Source: Candidatus Poribacteria bacterium
Lineage (GTDB): Bacteria; Poribacteria; WGA-4E; WGA-3G
Assembly: GCA_963665235.2 (NCBI GenBank)
Contig: CAXXLX010000002.1
Span: 768,001-832,000, forward strand
Reading direction: 5' to 3'
Length of the DNA: 64,000 bases
In this document: positions 1-9,648 of the stretch, piece by piece
Numbering within the stretch: the stretch's first letter is position 1
Layout of the letters: every line of letters starts with the position of its first letter
The notes under the pieces: generated by a model
Seen by the model: the letters and a program-made list of their open reading frames with translations, nothing else
The model's database searches: none
What the model was told of the DNA's origin: nothing
Made by a program: the position numbers and the translations under genes

Positions 1-1056
1 CTCGAAACCCGCGGGGCCCTGGCTGTCAACGAACAGAATACGGAAAACGACGCGCTCCCTCCGTTGCAGATAGAGAATATCATCGGAAAAAGCGAAAAAA
101 TGCAGGAACTATTCAAAAATATGTCCAGCGTCATTCATCGGGGGGTCAAGCAAGTGCTTATCACCGGGGAAACGGGCAGTGGGAAAACCCTTGTCGCACA
201 TGCACTCCATGAACACGGAAAACGCAAAGAACATCCGTTCGTGTCCATTAATTGCGGTGCAATTGCGGAAACCTTAATTGAAAGCGAACTGTTTGGACAC
301 GAAAAGGGGGCGTTTACGGACGCTGTTCAACAGAAGCAGGGTTTCTTTGAAATTGCGAATACCGGTACCCTCTTCCTCGATGAAATCGGGGACATCTCTG
401 TTCAAACGCAAAGCACGTTACTCCACGCACTGGAAAAACATGAAATACGCCGCGTTGGCGGGACGCAAAACATTAAAGTGGACGTATGCGTTATCACAGC
501 AACCAACAAAAATCTGGAGCAAGCTGTTAGGGATGGAACGTTCCGTTCAGACTTGTACTTCCGTTTGAACGTCATTCCGCTCAATATTCCGCCACTTCGG
601 GAACGCCCAGGGGACATCCCGCTTCTCGTGGACTTCTTTATTCAAAAGTTCATCGACGAATATGCGGGTGCTGTGCCGAAACAGTTCACATCGCGTGCCA
701 TGTCTGCCCTCTGTCGCTATCGGTGGCCGGGCAATGTCCGTCAATTGGAGAACTATCTGCATCGTATCTTCGTCCTGTCCGAAAACGTTGTCATTGACCT
801 AGACGAACTCCCCCCCGAAATCTTGGACACCTCCCTGCCATCAACCGATTTTGAGATTGACATTCCAGAGAGCGGGGTGTCCTTAGAAGATATTATCAAG
901 GAATACGTCCGGACCGCTATAGAAAAAACCAATGGCAACCAAAGCAAAGCAGCCGAAATGCTAGGACTCACACGCCGCAAATTGCAGATCCGAATGCAGC
1001 GCTATGGGCTGGACAGCCAAGATTTTAAAGATAACGCGGAGGATGCGGGACCCTAA
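1..1056 (+). CDS. Sigma-54-dependent (NtrC/Fis-family) transcriptional activator, 5'-truncated by window edge
   Basis: Walker A GETGSGKT, GAFTDA loop, LFLDEIG, WPGNVRQL and C-terminal Fis HTH (GNQSKAAEMLGL); frame is open back to base 1. Confidence 0.95.
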   Translation, partial: LETRGALAVNEQNTENDALPPLQIENIIGKSEKMQELFKNMSSVIHRGVKQVLITGETGSGKTLVAHALHEHGKRKEHPFVSINCGAIAETLIESELFGHEKGAFTDAVQQKQGFFEIANTGTLFLDEIGDISVQTQSTLLHALEKHEIRRVGGTQNIKVDVCVITATNKNLEQAVRDGTFRSDLYFRLNVIPLNIPPLRERPGDIPLLVDFFIQKFIDEYAGAVPKQFTSRAMSALCRYRWPGNVRQLENYLHRIFVLSENVVIDLDELPPEILDTSLPSTDFEIDIPESGVSLEDIIKEYVRTAIEKTNGNQSKAAEMLGLTRRKLQIRMQRYGLDSQDFKDNAEDAGP

Positions 1057-1074
1057 ATCCTCTAAATTTAAAAC

Positions 1075-1104
1075 TTGACAATTACCGGAGAGATATGATA
1101 TAAT
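1075..1104 (+). promoter_or_regulatory. Sigma-70-type promoter upstream of Rpn-like gene
   Basis: TTGACA (1075-1080), 18-nt spacer, extended -10 TGaTATAAT. Confidence 0.6.
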
Positions 1105-1146
1105 ACATTTTGAGATAGAAACTTTACAGCACCGAGGAGATGCACT

Positions 1147-2194
1147 GTGGCAGAAAATCGTAACGTACCGCCCTCAAACGGGCAGAAAATCGTAACCCCC
1201 GATAGCAAACTCATCTTGCCCAAACCGTTTGATAACGTTACGGGACGAAGTGTCCGCAAAGACCCGATGGGGTTTGTCACAACGTTCCTCGGCATAGAGG
1301 CGGATACCTGTGAAGTCATTGAAACTGAACAGCTCACTATGAAAACACACATTGCTGGTAGTTTCATATTAGTGACTATCGGGGGTAAGCAAATTATTGT
1401 CCACTGCGAGTTTCAAACACGCGATAGTCGGGATGTCCCGATGCCGTTCCGCATGGCAGGCTACATCGGCAATTGCCTCGCGGCTTACAAATTACCTATC
1501 TGTTCTCATGTCATTTACTTGGATAGAGAGGCAGGGGAGAATGACCCGGGTCAATACGTTCAAGAGATTCCGGGCTATAATATTCACATAGAGTATCGTG
1601 TTATCAGGTTGTGGAAGATGGATGGTCAAAAGCTGTTAGATGCGAATCGTGTGGAGCTTGTTCCGTTTGCGGCGTTGATGGCACCGCCTGCGGAGTTGGA
1701 TGGTCCTGCATGGCTTCGTCGGTGTGTAGAGGTGATTGAAAGTAGTTCAGTTGATGAATCTGCAGAAAATAGAGGCGTTAGCGGATTTTGCGATTTTAGG
1801 TGGTTTAATCTATGGTTCCGAAACGATTTGGAACGCAGTATTGGAGGCAACCGTGATAGAATCTTCTGTTATACAAGACTTAAGTAAAAAATGGATCGCA
1901 CAAGGTGTTGAACAAGGCATCGAACAGGGCCGAGAAGAGGGTATCGAACAGGGGCGACAAGAAGGCATCGAACAAGGCATCGAACAAGGCATCGAACGGG
2001 GGCAAAAACTACAAGCGCGCGAGGCAGTGTTCACAGTGCTAACAGTTCGATTTCAAACCGAGGCAGTGGAGAGACTAAAACCGCTTATGGAGGCGATTGA
2101 CGATTTAGATTACCTTAATCAGTTGCATCTCGCTGCTGCAAAAGCCGACAGCATTGAAGACTTTAGGAACGCCCTATTCAATATCAACCCCTGA
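1147..2194 (+). pseudogene. Rpn/YhgA-like PD-(D/E)XK protein, frameshifted near 1760
   Basis: IVHCEFQT...MPFRMAGY motif in frame 1147; C-terminal EQGIEQG repeats in frame 1736; one extra base at gaatct-g-cagaaaata joins the frames. Confidence 0.75.
1853..2194 (+). CDS. Putative internally initiated small Rpn protein (RpnS-like antitoxin), 113 aa
   Basis: GGAGG (1843-1847) then GTG at 1853, in frame with MIESSVIQ...EQGIEQG. Confidence 0.5.
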   Translation: MIESSVIQDLSKKWIAQGVEQGIEQGREEGIEQGRQEGIEQGIEQGIERGQKLQAREAVFTVLTVRFQTEAVERLKPLMEAIDDLDYLNQLHLAAAKADSIEDFRNALFNINP

Positions 2195-2235
2195 GTTCAA
2201 TGAGACGACAACTAAAGTCGTAAGCATACTTGCGC

Positions 2236-2370
2236 CGGCAACTTGGGTTAACGTGAGTTTGAAAAAAGTTTTCGCCTGCTGCGTTCTGCAGTAGTTTTAG
2301 CAAAAGACAGGATGTGTAAAGTTTCTGTACAAGTTACTAAACTTTGGACAATTTTAGGGTGTGTCCAGTC
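2236..2370. repeat. Cluster of MITE ends (gcaacttgggt; taacgtgagtttg; gtgtaaagtttctgtacaag)
   Basis: Each motif recurs elsewhere in the window (43691, 56219/60888, 60319). Confidence 0.7.
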
Positions 2371-2599
2371 AAAGGGATAGGTGGAAGGGTGGAAGAGTGG
2401 AAGGGTGGATTTCGCGTGTGTTGTCTGAATGCACGGCGCATTCGGACGAGTACGCCGCAAATCGCGGATTGGTGCGGAGGACACGGATTTCGCGGATTGT
2501 AAGTAGTGGGGGCATCACCATTTTGGGATTAATGGTGTTGTGAACATTTTGGATCTGGTGATCGTTGCTAACGCTTTTGGTAGTGCAACAGACACCGAT

Positions 2600-2720
2600 T
2601 TGAAATTTGAGCAGTATCGCAGGGTTGCCACCCGCTATGATAAATATGCTGACCGATACCTCGGATTCGTTTTTTTCACAGCCATACTTATCACTGCTAA
2701 CAAAATGTAAACACTACCTA
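2600..2720 (+). mobile_element. IS5-family transposase 3' remnant with probable terminal repeat
   Basis: Translates LKFEQYRRVATRYDKYADRYLGFV*, the R.ATRYDK motif of IS5-family transposases, followed by gtaaacactacct. Confidence 0.7.
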
Positions 2721-3161
2721 ATAACGTTGGATAGTTGAATCAATCTCCTCCGCCCACCTATCAATACCCCCAGCTACGCTGAGTACGGACCTGACCCCAA
2801 GTTGCTGTAGGAGAACTGCCGCATCAAGACTTCGCATACCCTTGTGGCAGTAAACGATAATTTCCTCACCCGGGGGGAGCTCGGTAAATCGCCGTGGCAG
2901 CTCACCCAGCGGAATAGACACTGCTCCCTCAATGTGCCCTATATGATACTCCCACGTTTCCCTGACATCCAACAAGATAAAATCTTTTCCTGTGTCCATC
3001 ATCTGTTTGAGTTCATTTGGAAAAATAGCGTATTCCTCCGGGTCAAACGGCAGGATAGCCTCCTCTACACTCGGTACTGCCCGCGGTAGAAAATTGTCCC
3101 GTGAGGTTCGGTTGGCAGAAGCGCGGATTTTTTGAAATACCGCTTTGATACGCTCAAACAT
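2718..3161 (-). CDS. Rhodanese-like domain protein
   Basis: LLDVRE..EY..GHIEGA, VYCHKGMRS, V.GGIDRW motifs. Confidence 0.9.
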   Translation of the reverse strand: MFERIKAVFQKIRASANRTSRDNFLPRAVPSVEEAILPFDPEEYAIFPNELKQMMDTGKDFILLDVRETWEYHIGHIEGAVSIPLGELPRRFTELPPGEEIIVYCHKGMRSLDAAVLLQQLGVRSVLSVAGGIDRWAEEIDSTIQRY

Positions 3162-3190
3162 TTTTTCTTAGTTCCCATCCGAAAGTATTG

Positions 3191-5209
3191 CTAAAATGTG
3201 ATTGTCATCCCCAGTGTTGGAAGAATTGGCAGCAGCGGTTCTTCCGCAATTTCACACCCAATAATAGCATCCGTTTCCTCATCTCGCAGCTCACTGAATG
3301 CATACTGATCGATGTTAGTGCGGTTATACAGGTTCAGAATTTGGAAATACCACGTAAGTTCCCACCGCTTGTAAGGGTTCCGTTTTGTAATTCGAAAATC
3401 GAGACTATGATACGGTGGCAGTCGCTCTGAATGGGTTTCCCCAAACTGCCTGTCGCATGCGATGCTGCCATCTGGCAGCGTTACCGTTTCCTGAATCAAC
3501 GGGGTTTTCGGTTCACCTGTATGGAAACGCCAATTGACATAGAGATGCCAGAGCGGTGAAATCTGATGACTGGCGTTCAAAAAGAGAGAATGTCTTCGGT
3601 CGTACTGCCGAAAAATTGTCTCGTCCCCCGCCTTCTCTTTTGCGATGCCGTAAGCGTAACCGATGCCCCACGTCAAACGTTGTGAAACCGCATGCGTTGC
3701 GAAAACATCGAACCCTTTCGCATCCGCGGTGTCCGGGGAGGTGAAAATCTGCGTCTGCCGCCCAAATTCCCGGAGCCGCCCGACCAGATTGTCAAATTTT
3801 TTGTAATACCCTTCTAATCGTATGAGGAAATTGTCGTTGCGGCTATATTCACAACCGACGATGTAATGCATCGCCTGCTCCGCACGCCCAACCGTCTGGA
3901 TTCCATCTTCAACAGGGATTGTCATCATATCCACTGGCTGGTGATAGAGACCCCATGCGCCCCGAAAGATTAGGTTTTTCATTGGACGCAGCGCGAGCGC
4001 GATTCGGGGCCCAATCTCATAATTTTGTAGTTGAGGTTTCCGATAGTTCTGGAGGACATACCGTCCCCCGACATTAAGGGCAAGCTTCGGGTGAATCTGC
4101 CATTCATCTTGCAGAAATACCTTGATGTCGCTTCCGCTGTCATCAATATCAGCGCGGATGGCGTTATAGTTGTTTATGCCTGCCTGCCGTTCTTGCACGT
4201 CGTATTCATATTCTCCTGCCAACCAACGCCACGTGACACCGCCTCGGAACGTGTGCTTCTCAAAGACGTTAGCCGTCCACTCCGCTTTTGTCCCAAAGAA
4301 CTGAAAGTCGCGATTGTCAAAATCGACCTCTCTTGTCGTTCTATCTTGACGGGATGTGCCAGCAAAAACAAAAACATCTGTCCAGTGTGAGGTTTCGGAA
4401 CCGAAGGTGTGCCGCCATCTCGTCCATGCCGTGAAATTGTCATAACGCGAATCCAGATTATTGTCCGTATCCTCTACCCGTATCAAGTTCTTATCCCACC
4501 CGTATAATCCGTTGAACGTCAATGTATCTGTCTCTGTGAGTTGGTAAGAGAGTTTTCCGTATAGGTCGGCATATTGTGGTTTATACTGTTCGTCAATATC
4601 TATCAGTGCAAGAATCAGGTCTACGTATCCCCGGCGTGCTGATAGCATCCAGCTCCCTTTTTCAGTCAGGGGCCCCTCCAGCATAGCAGTAGCGTTAATG
4701 AGGTCAAGTTCAAAATTTGCGGAGATTTTTTCGGTATTTGCTGCTCGTGTTGTCAGGTCGAACACGCCTGACATCTTTTCTCCGTATTCGGCGGGGAATC
4801 CGCCCATCAGCAATTCGGAACGTTGGATTAGACCGAGTCGGACCAATGAAATTGCACCGCCGAAGTCTTGCAAATGGTATGGATTATAGAGTTCCATCCC
4901 ATCCAATCGGACCGATACGCCATCCTTTTCGCCGCCTCGGACGCTGAAACGCGCGCTATAATCGCTCGCGACGACCCCCGGAAAAATATGCCCCGCCCGC
5001 ATGACATCGTTGCCAATCAACGGAAAACGTTCTATCTCCTCTTTTGACAGAGAGAGTTGTGATGTTGCTCCATCATAAATCGTAAAACGCCCGGGTGTCA
5101 CCACAATTTTGTCAAGCTCTATCGGTTCTGTGGTCTCTTGTGCTTGCACCACAAAAAAACAGCCGATTTGAAAACAGAGAATTAGGGAAAACAACCTAAC
5201 ATTGCACAT
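3191..5209 (-). CDS. TonB-dependent receptor
   Basis: Signal peptide, 'IVVT' TonB-box region, plug motif FSVRGG...GGFPAEYG, C-terminal F; GGAGG RBS before ATG 5209. Confidence 0.9.
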   Translation of the reverse strand: MCNVRLFSLILCFQIGCFFVVQAQETTEPIELDKIVVTPGRFTIYDGATSQLSLSKEEIERFPLIGNDVMRAGHIFPGVVASDYSARFSVRGGEKDGVSVRLDGMELYNPYHLQDFGGAISLVRLGLIQRSELLMGGFPAEYGEKMSGVFDLTTRAANTEKISANFELDLINATAMLEGPLTEKGSWMLSARRGYVDLILALIDIDEQYKPQYADLYGKLSYQLTETDTLTFNGLYGWDKNLIRVEDTDNNLDSRYDNFTAWTRWRHTFGSETSHWTDVFVFAGTSRQDRTTREVDFDNRDFQFFGTKAEWTANVFEKHTFRGGVTWRWLAGEYEYDVQERQAGINNYNAIRADIDDSGSDIKVFLQDEWQIHPKLALNVGGRYVLQNYRKPQLQNYEIGPRIALALRPMKNLIFRGAWGLYHQPVDMMTIPVEDGIQTVGRAEQAMHYIVGCEYSRNDNFLIRLEGYYKKFDNLVGRLREFGRQTQIFTSPDTADAKGFDVFATHAVSQRLTWGIGYAYGIAKEKAGDETIFRQYDRRHSLFLNASHQISPLWHLYVNWRFHTGEPKTPLIQETVTLPDGSIACDRQFGETHSERLPPYHSLDFRITKRNPYKRWELTWYFQILNLYNRTNIDQYAFSELRDEETDAIIGCEIAEEPLLPILPTLGMTITF

Positions 5210-5318
5210 CAAATAACCTCCGAGTTGAAAAAAGTTAAAAATTATAACCCTGCCTCCATAATATTTTACCATATTTCACCGTTTATAGTAAAATCTATAA
5301 TTATTTGGATAAAAAAAC

Positions 5319-5347
5319 TTGACATCTAATCTGATGCAGTATACAAT
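5319..5347 (+). promoter_or_regulatory. Sigma-70-type promoter
   Basis: TTGACA-17nt-TACAAT. Confidence 0.65.
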
Positions 5348-5412
5348 CTCTTCACGAGGTAAAGAGGTTAAACAGATTGGCATGAAATTTCAGGATACCG
5401 GAGGATGAAAAC

Positions 5413-6411
5413 ATGGCAAAACTACGTGTAGGTGTTATAGGATGTAGCGGTATTGGGACAACGCACGCATCGGGGTTAGTGGGTTTACCGAACGTCGAAT
5501 TAATCGCCGGATGCGATTTTGTGCAAAGCACCCTGGATGCCTTCAAAGCAAAATGGCAGGGCACTTGGGATGACATCTCCCTTTATACAAATCATCAGGA
5601 GATGCTTGCCGCCGAGAATTTAGATATTGTGACGGTTGCAACTTCTGATCATCGGCATGCTGACCTTGTTGTTGATGCGGCAAACGCAGGGGTTAAAGGA
5701 ATATTCTGTGAAAAACCGATGGCGACCAGCGTGGAAGATGCGGACAGGATGATGGAAGCGACACAACAAAATGGCACAATTTTATCAATTGACCATACCC
5801 GCCGATGGCAACCTTTGTGGCGACATACCAGAGAGGACATCGTCGGGGGCGGACGTATCGGAGATGTACAATATGTCATCGGTACGTTGAGCGGGGGCCG
5901 CGCGATGCTCTTCCGTAATGGGACACACTGTGTTGATGCTATATGCTACTTCGCGGACTCGGAGCCAGAGTGGGTTTCGGCTGAATTAGAGGAGGGCTAC
6001 GAGGATTATGATGAATATAAGGGGGATGGTGGGCATGCCCCATCAACTGAACCATCAGCGCACGGGTATATCCACTTTGCAAACGGCGTGCGCGGCTATT
6101 ATGCTGGCGGCCCGAAGACGACGCAATCCGGCTTTCGTGCGGAGATTGTCGGCACAAACGGCTATATTCTGATTAACGACAGGGGGGCCACAATTCACCA
6201 AGGAGATTCGGTTGAAAACATTGAAGCACCAACGTGGGATGTCGTCGGTATTCCTGCGGGTGTTCAAGAGTTAGTGAAACTTGTCGCCGAAGGCGGCGAG
6301 CCTGTCTCTCCTGGCACTGAGGGGTATAAGGTTGTCCAGATTATCATCGGTTTCCTGACTTCACAACAGCAGGATAATGGAAAGGTGAAGCTGCCGTTGT
6401 CTCAAAGTTAG
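5413..6411 (+). CDS. Gfo/Idh/MocA family oxidoreductase
   Basis: VGVIGCSGIG Rossmann motif, CEKPMA, G.H..D. Confidence 0.92.
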   Translation: MAKLRVGVIGCSGIGTTHASGLVGLPNVELIAGCDFVQSTLDAFKAKWQGTWDDISLYTNHQEMLAAENLDIVTVATSDHRHADLVVDAANAGVKGIFCEKPMATSVEDADRMMEATQQNGTILSIDHTRRWQPLWRHTREDIVGGGRIGDVQYVIGTLSGGRAMLFRNGTHCVDAICYFADSEPEWVSAELEEGYEDYDEYKGDGGHAPSTEPSAHGYIHFANGVRGYYAGGPKTTQSGFRAEIVGTNGYILINDRGATIHQGDSVENIEAPTWDVVGIPAGVQELVKLVAEGGEPVSPGTEGYKVVQIIIGFLTSQQQDNGKVKLPLSQS

Positions 6412-6554
6412 TAATGTATATAACGTGAGCTCGGTGTAAGAAATAAGTTTTGATAAATAGAGAGCTCCTATGTTATAACGCGAAGAGGGCTGGCGCGGAT
6501 ATGCTACCAGCCCTATATCCAAGAAAAAGGCAAAAATGGCTTTCTGCGTTTTAC

Positions 6555-7047
6555 CTCTCCTCCGCTACTACATCCCAATCCTTTAGGTTTGGGATGTAGT
6601 AGCGGCGCATGAGTTGAAATTTTAATTTGACTTTTTCTAAAAACTGTGGTATAATTATACTGACACTTTTGGATAGCATTGTCACCCTGCACAAACTCAG
6701 TGCAGGTGCTATCCCTCACCCGTGACAAGGTGTGTAGTGTTAGTGTTAGACCACTTTAAAAGTATATCGGGCAGTTAACGCATAATTGAGCGAAAGCTTG
6801 TATCGTGGCGGGGGTGAAAGTCCGCACGTTGTATTGCTGCCACTCTCTTAAATATCGTTCGGATGATTCTATTTCGAACGAGGCACGCGGGGATAGCCAG
6901 GAACCTTCTGACCTGATATGCCCGGAGGATTTTTCACCTGCGGGGAATCGCGTGCGGGTGGAGCGACAGTTAGACGGTAAACTCTCTGAGTAAACCGCAG
7001 TTGCTACGAAACCGAAGCCCACGCCTTTAGGCGTTGGGTGCTATCAC
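6555..7047 (+). mobile_element. ORF-less (non-autonomous) IS200/IS605-derived element
   Basis: Left hairpin ccgctactacatcccaa...ttgggatgtagtagcgg; 45 bp (6591-6635) identical to 58931-58975; right end gaagcccacgcctttaggcgttgggtgctaTCAC resembles the right end of the element at 26064. Confidence 0.8.
6659..7047 (+). ncRNA. Putative structured ncRNA (omega/reRNA-like 3' part) inside the ORF-less IS element
   Basis: TTGACT-17-TATAAT promoter (6627-6655) followed by many complementary helices and two pseudoknot-type pairings; no credible ORF. Confidence 0.55.
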
Positions 7048-8960
7048 AGTTCATCTATAGAGACTTCTACGGTCCCTTTTTCATCGGCGATAAAGTATCG
7101 GTGATCAGGGAACTTTTCTGCAAGCTTCCGTTTTCCGTTTTTTCTATGTTTAGCGTATATATGTGATTTTGCAAAGGGCGCGTTAAATGGATAATGTACT
7201 CGAAGTATGTATTCCTCTTTCACGAAAACAAGTGCTTTTTCCATACTGTTTTCGTCAAGGTATTTTTGAATTGTTACGTCTACCCCATAAGCTTGATATG
7301 ATTTTACTGTTGCCGGCACATTGAAAAGAAAAGCAAATAGAAAAAGACTTATAAGTATTACACACAGTATATTTTGTGCATGTGCGTAAGAGACTATTTT
7401 CTGCCAAGATGTCAGGAGCCGCGTGCTCAATGCAATCCCCCGGCTTGTTAAGAGAATTAGGGCTGGAAACGTTTCATACACGTACCTTGGCCCGAAGGTG
7501 AACTCGTTGAAGAAATAGAAAACCTGTGCCATGAGCAATGCCCCTATCCATCCGACAAGTAGCCATTCCCACTTTTGTTTTTTTCCGAATGTGAGGTAAA
7601 GACAAACAAAAAAGAGCGAAGGCATTGGCCATTCAAACAGATAATAGTTAAGTCCGTTTAGATTGCCATTCACGTATTTCAGTCCTTGTGTGAGCGTGTG
7701 TGATTGCTCCACCCACGGATCTTGGTGAAAGCCTGGGTAGTGTCCTTTACCATGTGCGGCGATATATCCAAAAAGGAGCGGGTCTCCTGTCGTTGCGAAG
7801 TTGTAAGCGAGAAATGCCAACCCCATGACAAGGATAGGGATTGCACCTATAAGGATATGCCGGCGTGACAATTCTTTCCGCATGACAATTGCTGCGATGC
7901 CCATTAGGATACAAATCCATGCAGCTGTATAGGGCCTGCACAGCAGGGCAATGCCTAAAGCCGTCCCGCAGGCCAACGCTGAAAACAGTGGACGTTTATC
8001 TTTAACCACCCGGACGAAACTCAGAAAAGCCACAGTTATGAAAAAGAGGGTTGAACTGTGTGACATGAACTCTGAGGACATGAAGAGAAAAAAGCTGCTT
8101 GCGGTTGCCAACAAAGCAGAAAGTTTTGCGATGTTCTCCTCATAAAGCTCCTTGGCTATCAGATAGATACACACGATTGTCAACGCACCCAATAGTGGAT
8201 TCACAAGCCAAGCAAGACCGAAAAGTACACCGAATGCAAGTACAGCGGGGTATCCTGGCGGGAACTGTGTATACCAGCTGTCGTCAAGAATAACATGTAG
8301 GTTTTCAAAAAATTGCGGTTCTGGAGGTACCGGGGCAGAAAGTGTACCGTGCGCGAACAGGCGCGCTTGAAATAGGTACGCGCAGCCATCTATAGTCCCC
8401 GGCACGCCATCGAAAAGATGCCATGAGATTAAGCCACATATTAACAAAGCACTCGCAAATAATCCGCCTATAAAAGCTCGAGGTGGCATGTCGCGCATCC
8501 ATTGAAAAAGGCGAAAACAGATTGTCCGAATTCGGGATAGTCGCATGCAGAGCAATCCGCGAAAACATAGGGCGATACCGACACCGTTGACAATCATGCT
8601 ATACCCACTGGGTAGAAGTCCGACAGCATTGAAACGTGCGGTGTTAAAGGACGCATGTAGTGGCAACACACAGATAAAAAGCAGGATGCTAAAGACAACA
8701 ACGTGAACCCTCCGTTGACTCAACACTTGGAAGTCCGGTATTATCAAAAGCAGCATGTAAAACAGAAGTCCCCCGGCAATTAGATTGACACCCCAGATTG
8801 GAAAAGAGATTGACAGATACGAAGATTCCTGCCAAGAAATTAGCACTTTGTCATCAAGAATAACAAAGTGCTTTTTTATCCAATATCCAAGGAAAAGGAA
8901 AAAGAGCGCACCGATAAAATAACTCGCTATACGACACAATTGAATGAGTCTGGATTTCAT
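7044..8960 (-). CDS. GT-C fold (PMT/ArnT-like, GT39/GT83) membrane glycosyltransferase
   Basis: Polytopic membrane protein with D...Y..QA, PPGYP, RPY and GPRY motifs. Confidence 0.75.
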   Translation of the reverse strand: MKSRLIQLCRIASYFIGALFFLFLGYWIKKHFVILDDKVLISWQESSYLSISFPIWGVNLIAGGLLFYMLLLIIPDFQVLSQRRVHVVVFSILLFICVLPLHASFNTARFNAVGLLPSGYSMIVNGVGIALCFRGLLCMRLSRIRTICFRLFQWMRDMPPRAFIGGLFASALLICGLISWHLFDGVPGTIDGCAYLFQARLFAHGTLSAPVPPEPQFFENLHVILDDSWYTQFPPGYPAVLAFGVLFGLAWLVNPLLGALTIVCIYLIAKELYEENIAKLSALLATASSFFLFMSSEFMSHSSTLFFITVAFLSFVRVVKDKRPLFSALACGTALGIALLCRPYTAAWICILMGIAAIVMRKELSRRHILIGAIPILVMGLAFLAYNFATTGDPLLFGYIAAHGKGHYPGFHQDPWVEQSHTLTQGLKYVNGNLNGLNYYLFEWPMPSLFFVCLYLTFGKKQKWEWLLVGWIGALLMAQVFYFFNEFTFGPRYVYETFPALILLTSRGIALSTRLLTSWQKIVSYAHAQNILCVILISLFLFAFLFNVPATVKSYQAYGVDVTIQKYLDENSMEKALVFVKEEYILRVHYPFNAPFAKSHIYAKHRKNGKRKLAEKFPDHRYFIADEKGTVEVSIDEL

Positions 8961-9033
8961 ATCGTAATTGCCTCCGCCGAGATAACCGAGCTAGTACTAG
9001 TTGTCCCTACACCTCGTAAAAAAATAGGAGAAG

Positions 9034-9514
9034 TTAGAAAAACCGCAGCTGTTCACCCTCAAGGATAATCTCTTTGTCTCCTGCCTGTAAAATTACACGT
9101 TTTGCTTTTATCACCTTTACACGCGCATCACCAATCTGCTCGTCTACTTGCACGATATGGAGTTGTCCTGAACGCCGTTCCACAATAAACGCCTTCGTGT
9201 CAGTCCCATTTGAGGCAATGGCTGTGCCAAGAAGGGTATACTCCGGCTCTTCTTTAGGAGGTTGCCACCCAAGCGGACGGAAGATATTATTATCAATAAT
9301 AACCTGATAAAACTCGGCAGGAGTCTCTAAGGTATTGGAAGGGCCCCCTTCTGTTTTGCAGCGGACGCGCCTTGTGTTGTGAACTTGATACCGCATCTAT
9401 TTCACTCGGCGACTGATAATTTTGATCGTCCCGCAGGTCCAGATAGAGGCCAGCGGCGATGATAAGTAAGACGCAGAAACATCCGCCTATAATCATAATG
9501 TTTCTTATAGACAC
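9034..9514 (-). pseudogene. Membrane-anchored T2SS-C/PilP-like protein, split by frameshift near 9345-9390
   Basis: N-terminal TM in ORF 9293-9514 overlapping C-terminal 'NIFRP...YTLLGT...AFI...V.V...IG' domain in ORF 9034-9396. Confidence 0.5.
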
Positions 9515-9648
9515 AGGACTAACCTTCCGTTAAACTATCCATTAAGTTGTTCAGCAACTGCTAACTCAAGAAGCTTCCAAATCTTCAGATGGTCACCACG
9601 GGTCCGTGGGGCCCAGAACGTTTCTGTCAGATGCGGCAGCTGGATGCC

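Noticed and set aside
1905-2005. 12-bp tandem repeats as a non-coding repeat element
   Set aside because: They encode the EQGI/EEGR repeats typical of Rpn-family C-termini
6756-7022. Short ORFs (88 aa minus, 62 aa plus) within the IS-derived element
   Set aside because: No RBS or transposase/TnpB motifs; the region is better explained by RNA structure
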